Assembly: GCA_951406725.2 (NCBI GenBank)
Contig: OX597815.1
Span: 137,392,001-137,456,000 of the forward strand
DNA length: 64,000 nucleotides
DNA from: Octopus vulgaris
Taxonomy: Eukaryota
Reading direction: 5' to 3'
Numbering within the stretch: position 1 is the first letter of the stretch; the number at the start of each line of letters is the position of its first letter. Position numbers and translations under genes: made by a program. Positions 36,791-49,589 of this stretch are shown here, piece after piece. The notes beneath the pieces are model-generated. The model saw only the letters and a program-made list of their open reading frames with translations, ran no database searches and was not told the origin of the DNA.

Positions 36791-37924
36791 TCTTTCCCAT
36801 TTTCCCCTTTATTTTTTTGTTTACTTTTTCCAGGTAACAAAACACTGAAAAAAAGCACGCTAGTGTATGAACTACAGTTTGTATAATAAGTCATTGAATA
36901 GTGGATTGCACAGCATGTCTTTCAGCAAGGTCTGTTCCTGGTAGAGCTTCATCTAAAACAATAGATTTGGGGATTGCATCCGTTCTTCGATCAGCAGTGT
37001 AAATATCAGTCGCAGAGCATTTGGATCAGAACAACGAATTGAATCTGAAGAATCATGCACATCATCCACAAGTCAATTAATGCTTCTTCTGTTGGAATCA
37101 GATATATCCACTCAAAATTTCATTACCCCTAACTTTGGATAGCAGTTTTATATACCAATTTATCTTCTGTTGCGGAAAGTCATGTTTGAAAATATCTTTT
37201 GTTGAAGTACATCAAGTTTACTATGAGATAATGTGACATTCAGAAAATACCAATTTTGTGTTTTGGTGCATAATTAACATCGCTACGGGAATAACTATGA
37301 AATTAAATTACACAGTTAAAGAGTTAATTGGAACTTGATAACCTAGTTTCATATCATTACGTACCACAAGAAAATGTATCCTGTACACCTATGCTAATCA
37401 TATACAATAAGCAATTAAAGCTACCTCACTGCCTACAAATATTATACTTCGCAATGTCTGATAATCTGTTATGATGATAAATAATACGTTTGTCAAAAGT
37501 TGCCTCGCAAATATTGGTTTTCTTTTCTGCGAGAAGATAAGATACCGGCTCCCCCACCATCACAAACGTTTTCGTTTTTCATATATATATATATATATTA
37601 CCTACCGCAAACTTATATTCATTCTGTGTTTCTCCAACAGATACTACAATTGTCACTGTTTCACTGATGTTGCTGACTCTATACGACCTCTACATATTCT
37701 CATTATCAGCTCGATCGTCTTACACTCTGGGTGTATTTACTAAATTGTGGCTGAGTCAATCTTTTACACACTTTCCCCTTCACAAAGCTTCCATCTGCTA
37801 CCAAACAAAGAAATCAATATTATGGTGACATTTTAGCTGCATTATATAATTACATTATTCCAGTCATCCAGTCTATGTTTGATATTTTCTTATGATTCAT
37901 TGCTTTACTATATTTTCTTCTTAT

Positions 37925-38089
37925 TTTTCTTCTTCTTCTTCTTCTTCTTCTTCTTCTTCTTCTTCTTCTTCTTCTTCTTCTTCTTCTTCTTCTTCTCCTC
38001 CTCCTCCTCCTCCTCCTACATATTATTATTATCATTATTATTATTATTATCATTATTATTATTATTGTCATTATTATTATTATTATTTC

Positions 38090-38165
<76 letters not shown>

Positions 38166-38205
38166 GATTATTATTATTATTATTACTATTATTATTATTA
38201 TCATT
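37925..38205. repeat. (CTT)n,(CCT)n,(TTA)n runs
   Basis: Directly visible. Confidence 0.95.
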
Positions 38206-38459
38206 CTTTTCATATTTCTGATTTATCTCCATGTCACATGAATTATTACTACACTACGTATATGTGAGAGGATTGTGCGTGCGTGCGTATGTACACACAT
38301 AATTGAAAATACAATAGGAAATAGCTCAAAGAGGATTTTGGCATATTTTTTGGTTATGAATTAAGTGGGGAGCTCAATATACCGAAAACAAAGCTCAATT
38401 ATTCGAAATACACACACGTACACATACACGCGCGCACGCACACACGTACACACACATAC

Positions 38460-38511
<52 letters not shown>

Positions 38512-38625
38512 ACGCATACGAGTCGGTGAGAATATGAATGACGATTCTATATATCTGAGGATGTAGATGCATTTTTGCATCTACGAAACCTTATGTAATG
38601 TTGGGCAGAATCAATAATATATATT

Positions 38626-38846
38626 CTTTTATTCTTTTACTTGTTTCAGTCAAATGACTGTGGCTGTGCTGGAGAACCGCTTTTAGTCGAGCAAATCGAC
38701 CCCAGGACTTATTCTTTGTAAGCTTAGTACTTATTCTATCGCTCTCTTTTACCGAACCGCTAAGTTACGGGGATGTAAACACACCGGCATCGATTGTCAG
38801 GCGATTTTGGGGGAACAAACACAGACACACAAACATATACACGCAC

Positions 38847-38902
<56 letters not shown>

Positions 38903-39053
38903 GACGGGCTTCTTTCAGTTTCCGTCTACCAAATCCACTCACAAGGCTTTGGACGGCCCGAGGCTATAGTAGAAGACACTTGCCCAAGGTGCCACGCAGT
39001 GGGACTGAATCCGGAACCATGTCGTTCGTAAGCAAGCTATTTACTACACAGCC
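38626..39053 (-). mobile_element. SINE family A, near full-length
   Basis: Colinear with 364-776 including the internal microsatellite. Confidence 0.88.
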
Positions 39054-39059
39054 TACATA

Positions 39060-39128
<69 letters not shown>

Positions 39129-39159
39129 TTAATATAAACAGCTACGTACAATTTCTCAA

Positions 39160-39223
<64 letters not shown>

Positions 39224-39399
39224 GGAGGGACACATTTATGGAGGGGGAGAGGAAGAGATGGGATAATTAGTAACGATGATTATGAACAATCGTGATATAT
39301 CTCAGAGGCGTTCTAAAAATTCTGCAGATTTTCTCATAAACTATATAGTGAATTGAAACATTTAGATGTAGTGATATTATTAATATCAGATTTAGGCAA

Positions 39400-39750
39400 T
39401 TCCGAGGGAAGTGTAAGCTGACTACATCGATCACATGGCTCAACTGGTACTTATTTCATCGAATCCAAAAGGATGAAAGGCAAAGTCGACCTGAGCAGAA
39501 TTTCATTGCGTGCTAACGAATCTGCTAAGCTCACCGCTTTTTTTTAATATCCTTTCTACTATATACACAAGGCCTGAAATTCTGGGGTGGGGGAATAAGT
39601 CGATTACATTGATCCCAGTGCGTAACAAGTACTTAATTTATCGCCCCGAAAGGATGAAAGGCAAAGTCGACCTCAGTAGAAGTTGAACTCAGAACGTAAA
39701 GACGGACAAAATGACGTGCATGCTAACGAATCTGCCAGCTCGCCGCCTTT
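39400..39750 (-). mobile_element. Two SINE family B copies
   Basis: AAAGGATGAAAGGCAAAGTCGACC twice, each ending in GCTC(A/G)CCGC. Confidence 0.75.
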
Positions 39751-39892
39751 TTTTTTATATATATATATATATATTATTGATGTGGAAGAATAGCTTTCAT
39801 CTTTGCTAGCAAATAACTTTCAATATAAAATACAGAAAAAAGGAAAGAGGAGATCGCTGGGAACGGAAATTTTATTCCTAGCTTAAGGTTTT

Positions 39893-40270
39893 AGGTGCAG
39901 GCATGGCTGAGTGGTTAAGAAGCTTACTTTGTAACCAAATGGTTTCCGGTTGTGTCCCACAGCGCAGTACTCTTGTTAAGTGTCCTATACAATGACCCAG
40001 GGTGACCAATGCTTTGTGAGTGAATTTGGAAGGTAGAAACTATATTGATGCCTGTTGTATGTACATTAATGTATATGTCTCCTACTACCTCTTGAGAAAT
40101 GGTGTTGTTTGTTTACATCACTGTAACTAAGTGGTTCGGCACAAGAAATCAATAGAATAAGTATCACACTTATAAAATATGTACTGGGGTTTATTTGTTC
40201 GATTAATCCCTTCAAGGTGATACCCTGGTACAGCCACAGTCCAATAACTGGAACAATAGAGAGAAAGAGA
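39893..40270 (+). mobile_element. SINE family A, old copy
   Basis: GGTGCAGGCATGGCTGAGTGGTTAAG head; GTGGTTCGGC...AATAGAATAAGTA 3' part. Confidence 0.75.
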
Positions 40271-40359
40271 AAGGTAATAAACTCTATATCTTAGTAATAG
40301 AAAGTAAGTTGAAAACATTGGAAATACTCATAACTCAATTATAACCATTTATAATTTAG

Positions 40360-41130
40360 TTTCAAATTTTGGCACAAGGCCAGCAATTTCGGAGAAGGAG
40401 CTAGTCGATTACATTGACCCCAGTATTTAATTGAGGCTTATTCTATCGACTTCGAAAGGAATGAGAGGCAAAGTCTAACCCGATGGTACTTGAACTCAAA
40501 GCGTAAAGTCGGAAGAAATGCCGCTGAGCATTTTGTCCGGTGCGGTAACGATTCAGCCAACTCGCCACCTTCGCAACCATCTATAATTTAACTAATAAAC
40601 TTAAAATCATATCAGGACAATTATCCCACTAGGACAATTACCCATCCCCCCGCCATAGGACAATTCTCCCCGACGGCAACTACCCCCTAGGATAATTATC
40701 CCCCTTGGCTAATTACCATCATCTGTTGTCCTTGGGGTGTTATTGTCCATGGGGGAGTAAATGTCCTAGACTCCTTAAAATCAAAAATAGTGCTTCTAAT
40801 AAAGACACAAGGCATGATATTTGGGGAAAGGGACGAATCGATTGACCCTAAAAGGATGAAAGGTAGAATTGGCCTAAGTATGATTTGAACTCTGGGCGTA
40901 AAACCTGAAGAAATGCCACTAAGCATTTTGTCTAGAGTGCTACTATTCTGCTGCCAGCTAGCCAGCTTAATGATTTCAAATTTTAGCTCAAGTCTAGCAA
41001 TTTTAGGTGGCGGGGAAGGGGTTAGTCAATTGCATTGATCCCAGTGTTCAACTGGGGCTTATTTTATCGTCCCTGAAAGGATGAAAGGCAAAGTTTACCG
41101 TGGCAGGATTTGAAATGAGAGCGTAAAGAA
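40360..41130 (-). mobile_element. Three degraded SINE family B copies around a DNA-transposon remnant
   Basis: Meta-like motifs at ~40440, 40850 and 41075; GGACAATT(A/C)(T/C)CCC repeats at 40613-40773 resemble MULE-type subterminal repeats. Confidence 0.6.
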
Positions 41131-41424
41131 CCAGAAGAGATATATCGTTAAGAATTTTCTGACGCGATAGCGTGTAAGCGCGTCTAAAATGATTCCCGCT
41201 AAAACTGTCTAATAAGTAATCTGTAAATAGATGAAATCTTGTGAATAAACTGTATCGTCTGTTAAACAGACGATAAAGAGAACGGGTTGGGGATTGTAAC
41301 AGCTGCAATAAGAAAACAACAATGCGTTAATGACTTCGGTCTATAAATTACGGCTCTTGAGTGAAACTATGTATGTTTGTACATATAAATGTATATGTGT
41401 GTGCGTATGTGTATAAATATAAAT

Positions 41425-41502
<78 letters not shown>

Positions 41503-41517
41503 ATACATACATATATT

Positions 41518-41713
41518 TTTTCGCTTGTTTCAGTCATTGAACTGCGGCCATACTGGGGCACCGCTTTGAAGGATTTTTGTTTAACGAATCAACCACAGTA
41601 CATTTTTTTAGGACTGGTACTTATTATATCGGTCTCTTTTGCTGGATTGCTTGGTTATGTTGGTGTAAACAAACCAGCGCCGTTGACAAGTAGTGGGGAA
41701 GGGTAAGACACAC

Positions 41714-41715
<2 letters not shown>
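41518..41715 (-). mobile_element. SINE family A 3' half
   Basis: CTTGTTTCAGTCATTGAACTGCGGCCAT...; ends at (GATA)n. Confidence 0.7.
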
Positions 41716-41805
<90 letters not shown>

Positions 41806-42118
41806 GTGTGTTTGTATGTAGGTAGATAGGTAGGTAGGTAGGTATGTAGGTAGGTAGGTAGGCAGGCAGGTAGGTAGGTAGTTATATAAGCTCCTTGCAA
41901 CATTTCATGGCATTTTCACCTTCCGAATTCAAATCTTTCATACATCAACTGGGATCGATAACTTACATTGTGATTTACTGAAGCAAAACCTTATGTACAC
42001 CATTTGTTCACCGACCGCGTTACCAATTACTCTACAATGTTTATACCATACCTCCTTGTCAATAGTTATTTTAAATTTGCATAAACTGCTAGTTACCTCT
42101 TTTTAATCCCGATATTTA

Positions 42119-42485
42119 GTGGAGGCGCAATGACCCAGTGGTTAGGGTAACGGACTCGCGGCCGTAGAATCGCAGTTTCGATTCCTAGACCGGTCGTTGT
42201 GAGTGTTTATTGAGCGAAAACACCTAAAGTTCCACGCGGCCCCAACAGTTGGGGGTGAACCCTACTGTATCATTCACCACAACTTTCTCTCACTGTTTGA
42301 TTCTGTTATACCTGTATTTCAAAAGGGGCCAACCTTGTTACACTCTCCCTGAGAATTACATTAAGGGTTCACGTGTCTGTGGAGTGCTCAGCCATTTACA
42401 CGTTAATCTTACGAGCAGGCTGTTCCGTTGATCGGATCAACTGGAACCCTCGTCGTTGCAACCGACGGAATGCCACGATACAACT
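42119..42485 (+). mobile_element. SINE family D, full-length older copy
   Basis: Colinear with the reverse complement of 29426-29810. Confidence 0.88.
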
Positions 42486-42579
42486 CCGACAATTATAAGT
42501 TTCTTGGTTTTTTCCTTTTTTTTTTCTCAGATATAACTAATTTAGCAATTTCAAACATAAATAATGTATTTCAAAGTCA

Positions 42580-42792
42580 ATGAGCTGGCAAAATCGTTAG
42601 CAAGCCAGGTAAAATGCTTAGCAACATCTCGTTCGCCTTCACATTCTGACTTCAAATTATGTAGGGGGTCGACCTTACCTTTCATGCTTTCAGAGTTGAT
42701 AAAATAAGTACGATTAAACTCTAAGGTTGATGCAATCGACTTACTCTCATCTCGAACTTACCGGCCTTATCTCAGAATTTGAAACCAATATT
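42580..42792 (+). mobile_element. SINE family B, degraded full-length
   Basis: GAGCTGGCAAAATCGTTAGC head, CTTTCATGCTTTCAGAGTTGATAAAATAAGTAC. Confidence 0.65.
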
Positions 42793-43014
42793 TAATGAGA
42801 CTCTTTGCTTCAGGTATATTCTCGTCGTAAACATCGAAACGCGATATTTCGTTTTGCCATCAGTAGAATAACCTGTATTGCTTGTGTAAAGTAACAGGTA
42901 AAACATGTACAATGTGTGTGTGTGTGTACGCGTGTGAGTGAGAGAGTATTATGTGCCTGTATGTATCAACCCATATATACATATAAGCATATGTACATAT
43001 CCATACACACATAC

Positions 43015-43088
<74 letters not shown>

Positions 43089-43129
43089 AAACAAGTCAAA
43101 AATAGAAAATGCTAAGATGATTTTATAGT

Positions 43130-43183
43130 CAATCTTTCAGTACCAGTTTCGGTCATTTTGAGACCTTTTCAACTGTAACGATT
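43130..43183 (-). ncRNA. Type I hammerhead, U3-A8 core variant
   Basis: Minus strand reads CAG-TTGAAAA-GGTC(tcaaaat)GACC-GAAA-CTGG-TA-CTG, with stem I extending to AATC/GATT; lies in a stub (~43085-43312) abutting (TA)n. Confidence 0.7.
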
Positions 43184-43312
43184 AAATAATTAAATTTAGA
43201 AAAATTAGAAGAAAAGTTTTTTTAAAAGAATATTTCTGTAGTAGTGTTCAGATATAAGTAGCATTCTGCCTTTCTCTGACTCCCTTGTTTGCACTTGTGT
43301 GTTCGAGGTCGT

Positions 43313-43344
<32 letters not shown>

Positions 43345-43451
43345 TACATATATATACATATAGGGAAAGTTTACGAAAATAAACAAAAGACGAAGGCAGG
43401 TGGAGTACAAACAAACAAATGTATTAGTATAGCGCTCAGAAATAGAAAAAG

Positions 43452-43489
43452 TCTTTTACGTTTCGAGCCTACGCCCTTCGACACAAAGA
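43452..43489 (-). ncRNA. Minimal hammerhead-like motif with mutated core
   Basis: Minus strand reads TCTTT-GTGTCGA-A-GGGC(gtag)GCTC-GAAA-CG-TA-AAAGA; stub 43361-43530 lies between (TA)n runs. Confidence 0.55.
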
Positions 43490-43632
43490 TACACAGAAAA
43501 AAACAAGGAGAGAAAAGAATGCGTGTAGTATATATATATATATAAATATATATATATACTGAAACATGTTATAATGTATATATAAAAATTAAAAATTGTA
43601 TAATATAGCAGCATTTTCGAACTTCATTTTTT

Positions 43633-43698
<66 letters not shown>

Positions 43699-44009
43699 CG
43701 TTTTCGTCAATCGTTTCAAGTTACATTTGTTTACTTTCCTATGTCCACTCTGTATTGTTTTGTTTGCTCGAGCCCTAATTCTCCGCAAATTTTGCGGGTG
43801 CCGCTGATATGCGAAGTTCTTAGTCTTATCATTATAGGCATGAAACTAATTATCAACATTTCGGTTGATAACAGATGAAGAATTAGGGTCCTTCTGTACC
43901 TGTCCTACGTCTACGTTTTTTAATGCATTTTTCATTTATATATATATATATAGGAGGAATTTCGATTATCCCCACAAAATTGAAAAAAGAGAATACGCAC
44001 ACTTACATA

Positions 44010-46787
44010 TGTAGTGATATTATAACGCGCGCTCGCGCACCGACCATTTGTATTTCGCGCGTGTTGGTGCCTTCACCAAGGCACAGAAAGGAAGGGCCCT
44101 CTCGCGCATGCGCGAACCACCGGTAGCACGACCCTATTGCCTACGTAGCAGTTAGCGAGGCAAGGGGGTCGTAGAACGTTTGACCGCTAGCAGCAGCAGC
44201 CAATGACTTGGGACCCAGCGATTGAAGGCGGCGGTAACGCATATATTCTCTCCGTCAGGATTAGATTCTAGCAGTCCTTTGGCCGAAGACTTTTAACCAA
44301 AATTGTTGCAGACCAACATCGTCTCCATTGTTCGACGCCATCTTGACCCCTTTCTGTTTTGGGCTGAAAGTGGGCTGAAGATTGTAAATATTACAATCTA
44401 TGAATTTTCAGCCTTGCGCGCCCAGAATCAAGGACATCAGATAACACACTTATTGTTATTGTTTACCAAGAAAGAGAATAAAGTAGTTATATGTATATTT
44501 TACGTCTGCGTCCGGTTTGTTTCTGACTAGTAGAGATTCTGGATTATTAAAGCAACGGCTAGTGAGTGATTGCTTTGTGCACCCCAAAAGTGCACGAGGA
44601 TATTCACGCATCTCATTAAGTTCGTTACAAGTGGTGACCCCCGACGTGATTCTGGTCTAAAACCAGAGATCACTTATCAACAAAAAAATCCAGTTTTTCT
44701 GCGAAGTCGGAACACGATTTAACTCTACGCATTCATCTTACGACGATTTGTTTCCGGCCACCACAAACAGTTGTAGAAGGAGCCTCTTTTCTTATTCTAC
44801 AGCCATGATGACGAACGCCATCAATTCATCGATGCTTTTTCTCTGCCTTCGTCATCTGTCTACTTCACGTCGTCGCTATCTTCGTCGCAATCATCACTAA
44901 GAACGATGTTGTCCCAAGTCCACTACAGTCGCCTTCCACCACCAACGTCGCCTTTCAACACCGTCGACCTCCACCAAGATGTACATAGCAACTCGCGGAA
45001 GTTTGGTCCACTTGCCGTTTGTGCATATGCACACCAAGGATTCACAGCACCGTCTATCTACGAGATTTCTTCTGTTCCAGTTAACCTGTCACAGCATCGA
45101 AGCCACAACCGTTACACGATATGTGTTCAACCGGCATCTGCATTTTGTGATTTCAACATTTCTGTTACAGAACGAACTGCTATTGTACATCAGGCTATTA
45201 CAGACTGGTAAATTAATTCTTGTCTGGAATAGCCCTTGAGAGACATTTTTTCTATGCGCTGTATTTTTTTTAATATTTTTGCTCGCATTCACCTTGTATG
45301 TATTTCTGTCGCACACACGTACACACACATAAATGCTCTCTCTCACATACATACGTCACACAAGCTTTTCTCGCTTGTTTGTTCCATGCTAAATTTGCAT
45401 TTTGTGGACACCCCTCATTTCTATAGACCCTGGCAGTCACGTATACATAGAGAGGGTTGTTTGTCCATTATAAGGCGCCAGCATGTCATACTTTTGTTCC
45501 TATACGAACGAAGCATATAATCGCTTAACCACTGGCATATTCTTGCTGTTTTTCGGTCTGGCAGCACTATTGCATTTCATGCGCCTATTGCTTCGCACGT
45601 GTACTTGCCTTGTTTTTGCAACACGTTTGCGTTAGCTTAGTTTTTCCCGACTCATAAGATGTCGGATGTTCAAATGCGCCGCGCCGATTTATAGGCGTAA
45701 TTATTTTTCCCTGTTAGACCACTGTTGGTCACGTAATTAACAGAAAATTATCTGTGTCGCGCATCACACCAGCATGTTTGCACTTTTGCCTTTTGTGTTA
45801 CTAGCGAGCTTCTGTCAATTCCATTTCCTCTCCTGCAGCAATTGATTTAACTGCTATTTTGCAGGATCAACCACCTTTAGAGAAGTTGGATTTAATTTCG
45901 CCTAGGTTCATTAACTGTGAGTTTTGCATTCCCTCCGCTCCCTACAGCGGAAGGCTCTATACTTTGTGACGTATACACTTTCATGCATGCACTCTTGATT
46001 TTTGCTCATTGAGTATTTTTTCTCTTTTTCCTTTAGTAAATTTCTTGTGTATGTTATAAATTTTGCCATTATATTATTGTGTGCTATTTGGTTATCTGGT
46101 GTCCACCTTGAGTTTTGCAGTCACTACAATAAGTTTCCTTTCGTGCGTACGCACTGGAGGGGAGCCTTGTAGTGATATTATAACGCGCGCTCGCGCACCG
46201 ACCATTTGTATTTCGCGCGTGTTGGTGCCTTCACTAAGGCACAGAAAGGAAGGGCCCTCTCGCGCATGCGCGAACCACCGGTAGCACGACCCTATTGCCT
46301 ACGTAGCAGTTAGCGAGGCAAGGGGGTCGTAGAACGTTTGACCGCTAGCAGCAGCAGCCAATGACTTGGGACCCAGCGATTGAAGGCGGCGGTAACGCAT
46401 ATATTCTCTCCGTCAGGATTAGATTCTAGCAGTCCTTTGGTCGAAGACTTTTAACCAAAATTGTTGCAGACCAACATCGTCTCCATTGTTCGACGCCATC
46501 TTGACCCCTTTCTGTTTTGGGCTGAAAGTGGGCTGAAGATTGTAAATATTACAATCTATTAACTTTCAGCCTTGCGCGCCCAGAATCAAGGACATCAGAT
46601 AACACACTTATTGTTATTGTTTACCAAGAAAGAGAATAAAGTAGTTATATGTATATTTTACGTCTGCGTCCGGTTTGTTTCTGACTAGTAGAGATTCTGG
46701 ATTATTAAAGCAACGGCTAGTGAGTGATTGCTTTGTGCACCCCAAAAGTGCACGAGGATATTCACGCATCTCATTAAGTTCGTTACA
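44010..46787 (+). mobile_element. Young non-autonomous LTR retrotransposon (Gypsy-like features)
   Basis: 620-bp LTRs at 44010-44629 and 46168-46787 (TG...CA; 4 differences seen by eye); TSD CATA at 44006-44009 and 46788-46791; PBS TGGTGACCCCCGACGTGAT at 44632-44650; PPT GGAGGGGAG; 1.5-kb interior with no recognisable gag/pol. Confidence 0.93.
44632..44650 (+). promoter_or_regulatory. Primer-binding site complementary to the tRNA-Trp 3' end
   Basis: Complement of animal tRNA-Trp ...ATCACGTCGGGGTCACCA with one extra C, 2 nt after the 5' LTR. Confidence 0.8.
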
Positions 46788-46802
46788 CATAGTTTTAATA
46801 TA

Positions 46803-46851
<49 letters not shown>

Positions 46852-47457
46852 CATACACATATATGTATGTAACTTAGATTGGACCAGGTCATGTTTAACT
46901 TAATAGCATCGTCTTAAGTAATTTTTGAAGCCATATTTTGGGACAGCATAGTCCACTCGTGTTGGGAGTTGTTTTTTACTGAAAACTATCTGCACAGTTT
47001 CGTAAGGATTATGTTGGATAAAGTAAGTCTTGTTGAGATATAAAGTTGTGTAGTAATGTTGTTATATGAAGTGAGCTTAATGTTCTTACGGGGTGGGGGG
47101 CATGGCAGAAGGCCTTGCCATGAGTAACTTGTGAATTTGATGCCAACATCGTTTGAGCAACGTTCATGGAACATTTTCCACGTTGCAAAAACAATGTACC
47201 TCTCACGGCGGAGAAAAGAGAATATAATTTAAGCTTTTCGAGGCGATCCTAATATTCAGGGTCTGCTATACTACATATTTGGGTGTTTTTTTGTCTGTTT
47301 GTTTTTTTTTTCTGTGTTATCGACTTCTGAGGAAATTCAATTCTCATGTTTTATTTGGAATAGCGAAACCACAGTAGCCAGCAGTATTCAGATTCAGAGA
47401 TAGCACACGCAGAGAAGTAAAGGATAATAGTATCGGAATCTCTACACTAGAAAATTC

Positions 47458-47900
47458 GGATCTTTTCGGTTTGAACGGCAGTTTTTCTAGCGGTGTCATA
47501 TGAAATTGTCACCCATAATTATGACCCTCGTATCGATCTATTGCATTTCAATCTGTTTTAGGGTTAGGGTTAGTTAGGGTTAGTTAGGGTTAAGGTTAGG
47601 GCTAGGGTTAGGGGTGGGGGGAAGGGTATCTTTTTTCTTCAGAAATGTAAAGAAATCCAATCTGTTTCTTAAACGAGGGACATATTCATACGGCACAGAT
47701 TTTTTTTTACCTCAATAGACGCCATTAATTGGTTTGAAATTGCAGAAATTGAAGAAAAAACAACAAATATCTTACAAACTATAGAATTTTCTCAATAAAT
47801 TCAAGAGAAAAAGATGTTTTATAAACACATTCTACCAGTTTAAAATTTTTTAGTTACCTAGAAATTATGTTAAAAACTGCCGTTCAAACCGAAAATATCC
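47458..47900. mobile_element. MITE with 29-bp TIRs, 8-bp TSD and internal telomere-like repeats
   Basis: TIRs GGATCTTTTCGGTTTGAACGGCAGTTTTT and AAAAACTGCCGTTCAAACCGAAAATATCC; TSD GAAAATTC at 47450-47457 and 47901-47908; TTAGGG variants at 47558-47612. Confidence 0.92.
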
Positions 47901-48479
47901 GAAAATTCTAAGGATTCATGAGCACATTCAGCAAGCCATATCGACTTTTTTGTTGATGCGTGCACTTCAGTTTTAGTTGTGGCCTACAGTTACGCCGAAG
48001 TCTCTGACATTATTTGACGCTACGTGAAGCCTTCTTCAGAAAAGAGAATATAGCTGTTTCTGTGCAGTCTTTTCCAAAGTGGATGAGTTCCACATATAAC
48101 AGTACATAGAGCAGATTGCAGGGCTGTTCAGTCATATACATACTCGATGACTTCCAGGAACTTAGAATGACCTGTAAAGTTGTATATATTTTATTTATTT
48201 ATTATTTTACTTATCCTGATGACATTTACTGTGTATTTTATGTAAATAATAACAGAAGTCGGGGCCAACTGTTGAGTTGACGCTAATTATATTGATTGCC
48301 ACATGGATGTCCATAATGCCGAGATCTATGTCCAGAAAGACCTATCTGAAGATCAGATAGGTCTTTTTAACTTATTTAAATATAGATGTCTGCTAAAACA
48401 AAGAAAGAACAGATGACCATATCATAAGTGCAAAACGTCCAAAATGCTTATGAACACATATTTACATAATTGAAGATAA

Positions 48480-48570
48480 TATACATAATTTGAATTTATA
48501 ATATTGCAAATAGAAAACAAAAGAGTTAAATAAAAATGGTGTTTCTATTATTTTGTCCAACCATTGTATA
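48480..48570 (-). mobile_element. Tc1-like terminal inverted repeat fragment
   Basis: Minus strand TA-CAATGGTTGGACAAAATAATAGAAACACC. Confidence 0.45.
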
Positions 48571-48728
48571 TGTACATGTATATGTCTGTATGCATGCACG
48601 TATGTATGTATGTATGTATGTATGTATGTATGTATGTATGTATGTATGTATGTATGCATGCATGTATGTCTGTATGCATGCATGTATGTATGTATGTATG
48701 TATGTATGTATGTATGTACGTATGTATG

Positions 48729-49230
48729 TCATTATTCAGTTTACTTCAAGATTTCTTGCCAATAGTGGAAGAACCGGTTTCTAACCTAGATCCAAGGTTC
48801 CCTCAATGGAATTTCATGTATGTATGTATGTATGTATGTATGTGCAAATTTGTTTGTTTTATGTATGTATTCTCATGCATATAGTTGCATTATTTAGACA
48901 TGCTCATATGTATTTAAATGATAAACTTATGGAAAGTTACACAGATTTTTACAGTTCCAGTGATGGATCGGATGTAAAGCTTTCGAATTACCTTTCTCCT
49001 TTCTGGTTTAGAGAAGCCTAAGTTTTCAAGATTGGTATTTAAGCAGTGTGTTACAAATCCCAGGGCCCCAATTATTACAGGTATAAACCTGAACTTATAA
49101 TCTGGCTAGAATAAATGCAAATTTCTCAATAGTTCAGCATAGGTGTTCTGCTTTTCACGGATCTTCAGCTTTATGTTAACATCCGATGGGCAGCTAATTT
49201 CCACAACTGTGTATAGTTTCTCTGTATCGC
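48729..49230 (-). mobile_element. R4/Dong-clade LINE 3' end, same family as 16213-17450
   Basis: Colinear with 16213-16700; ends CTGAATAATGA + (CATA)n. Confidence 0.85.
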
Positions 49231-49278
49231 TGTGTATTTGATTTTGCCTATCTTCAAGACTAACACACCACAACTTTT

Positions 49279-49298
49279 CAGTCGGAATTCCATTCTGA

Positions 49299-49358
<60 letters not shown>

Positions 49359-49406
49359 TGTTGTTGTTGTTGTTATTGTTATTGTTGTTGTTGTTATTGT
49401 TATTAA

Positions 49407-49463
<57 letters not shown>

Positions 49464-49483
49464 CATCATCATCATCATCATCA

Positions 49484-49514
<31 letters not shown>

Positions 49515-49537
49515 CATCATCATCATCATCATCATCA

Positions 49538-49589
<52 letters not shown>

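Noticed and set aside
44370-44415. CTGAAGA plus hairpin in the LTR as a retrozyme hammerhead
   Set aside because: The hairpin is not followed by GAAA; it is a simple extended stem-loop.
47558-47612. True telomere or chromosome fusion site
   Set aside because: Short, degenerate, single orientation and enclosed by MITE TIRs and TSD.
47920-48180. Possible RTE-X RT fossil on the minus strand
   Set aside because: Only weak VLLY-like similarity; cannot be supported without an HMM search.
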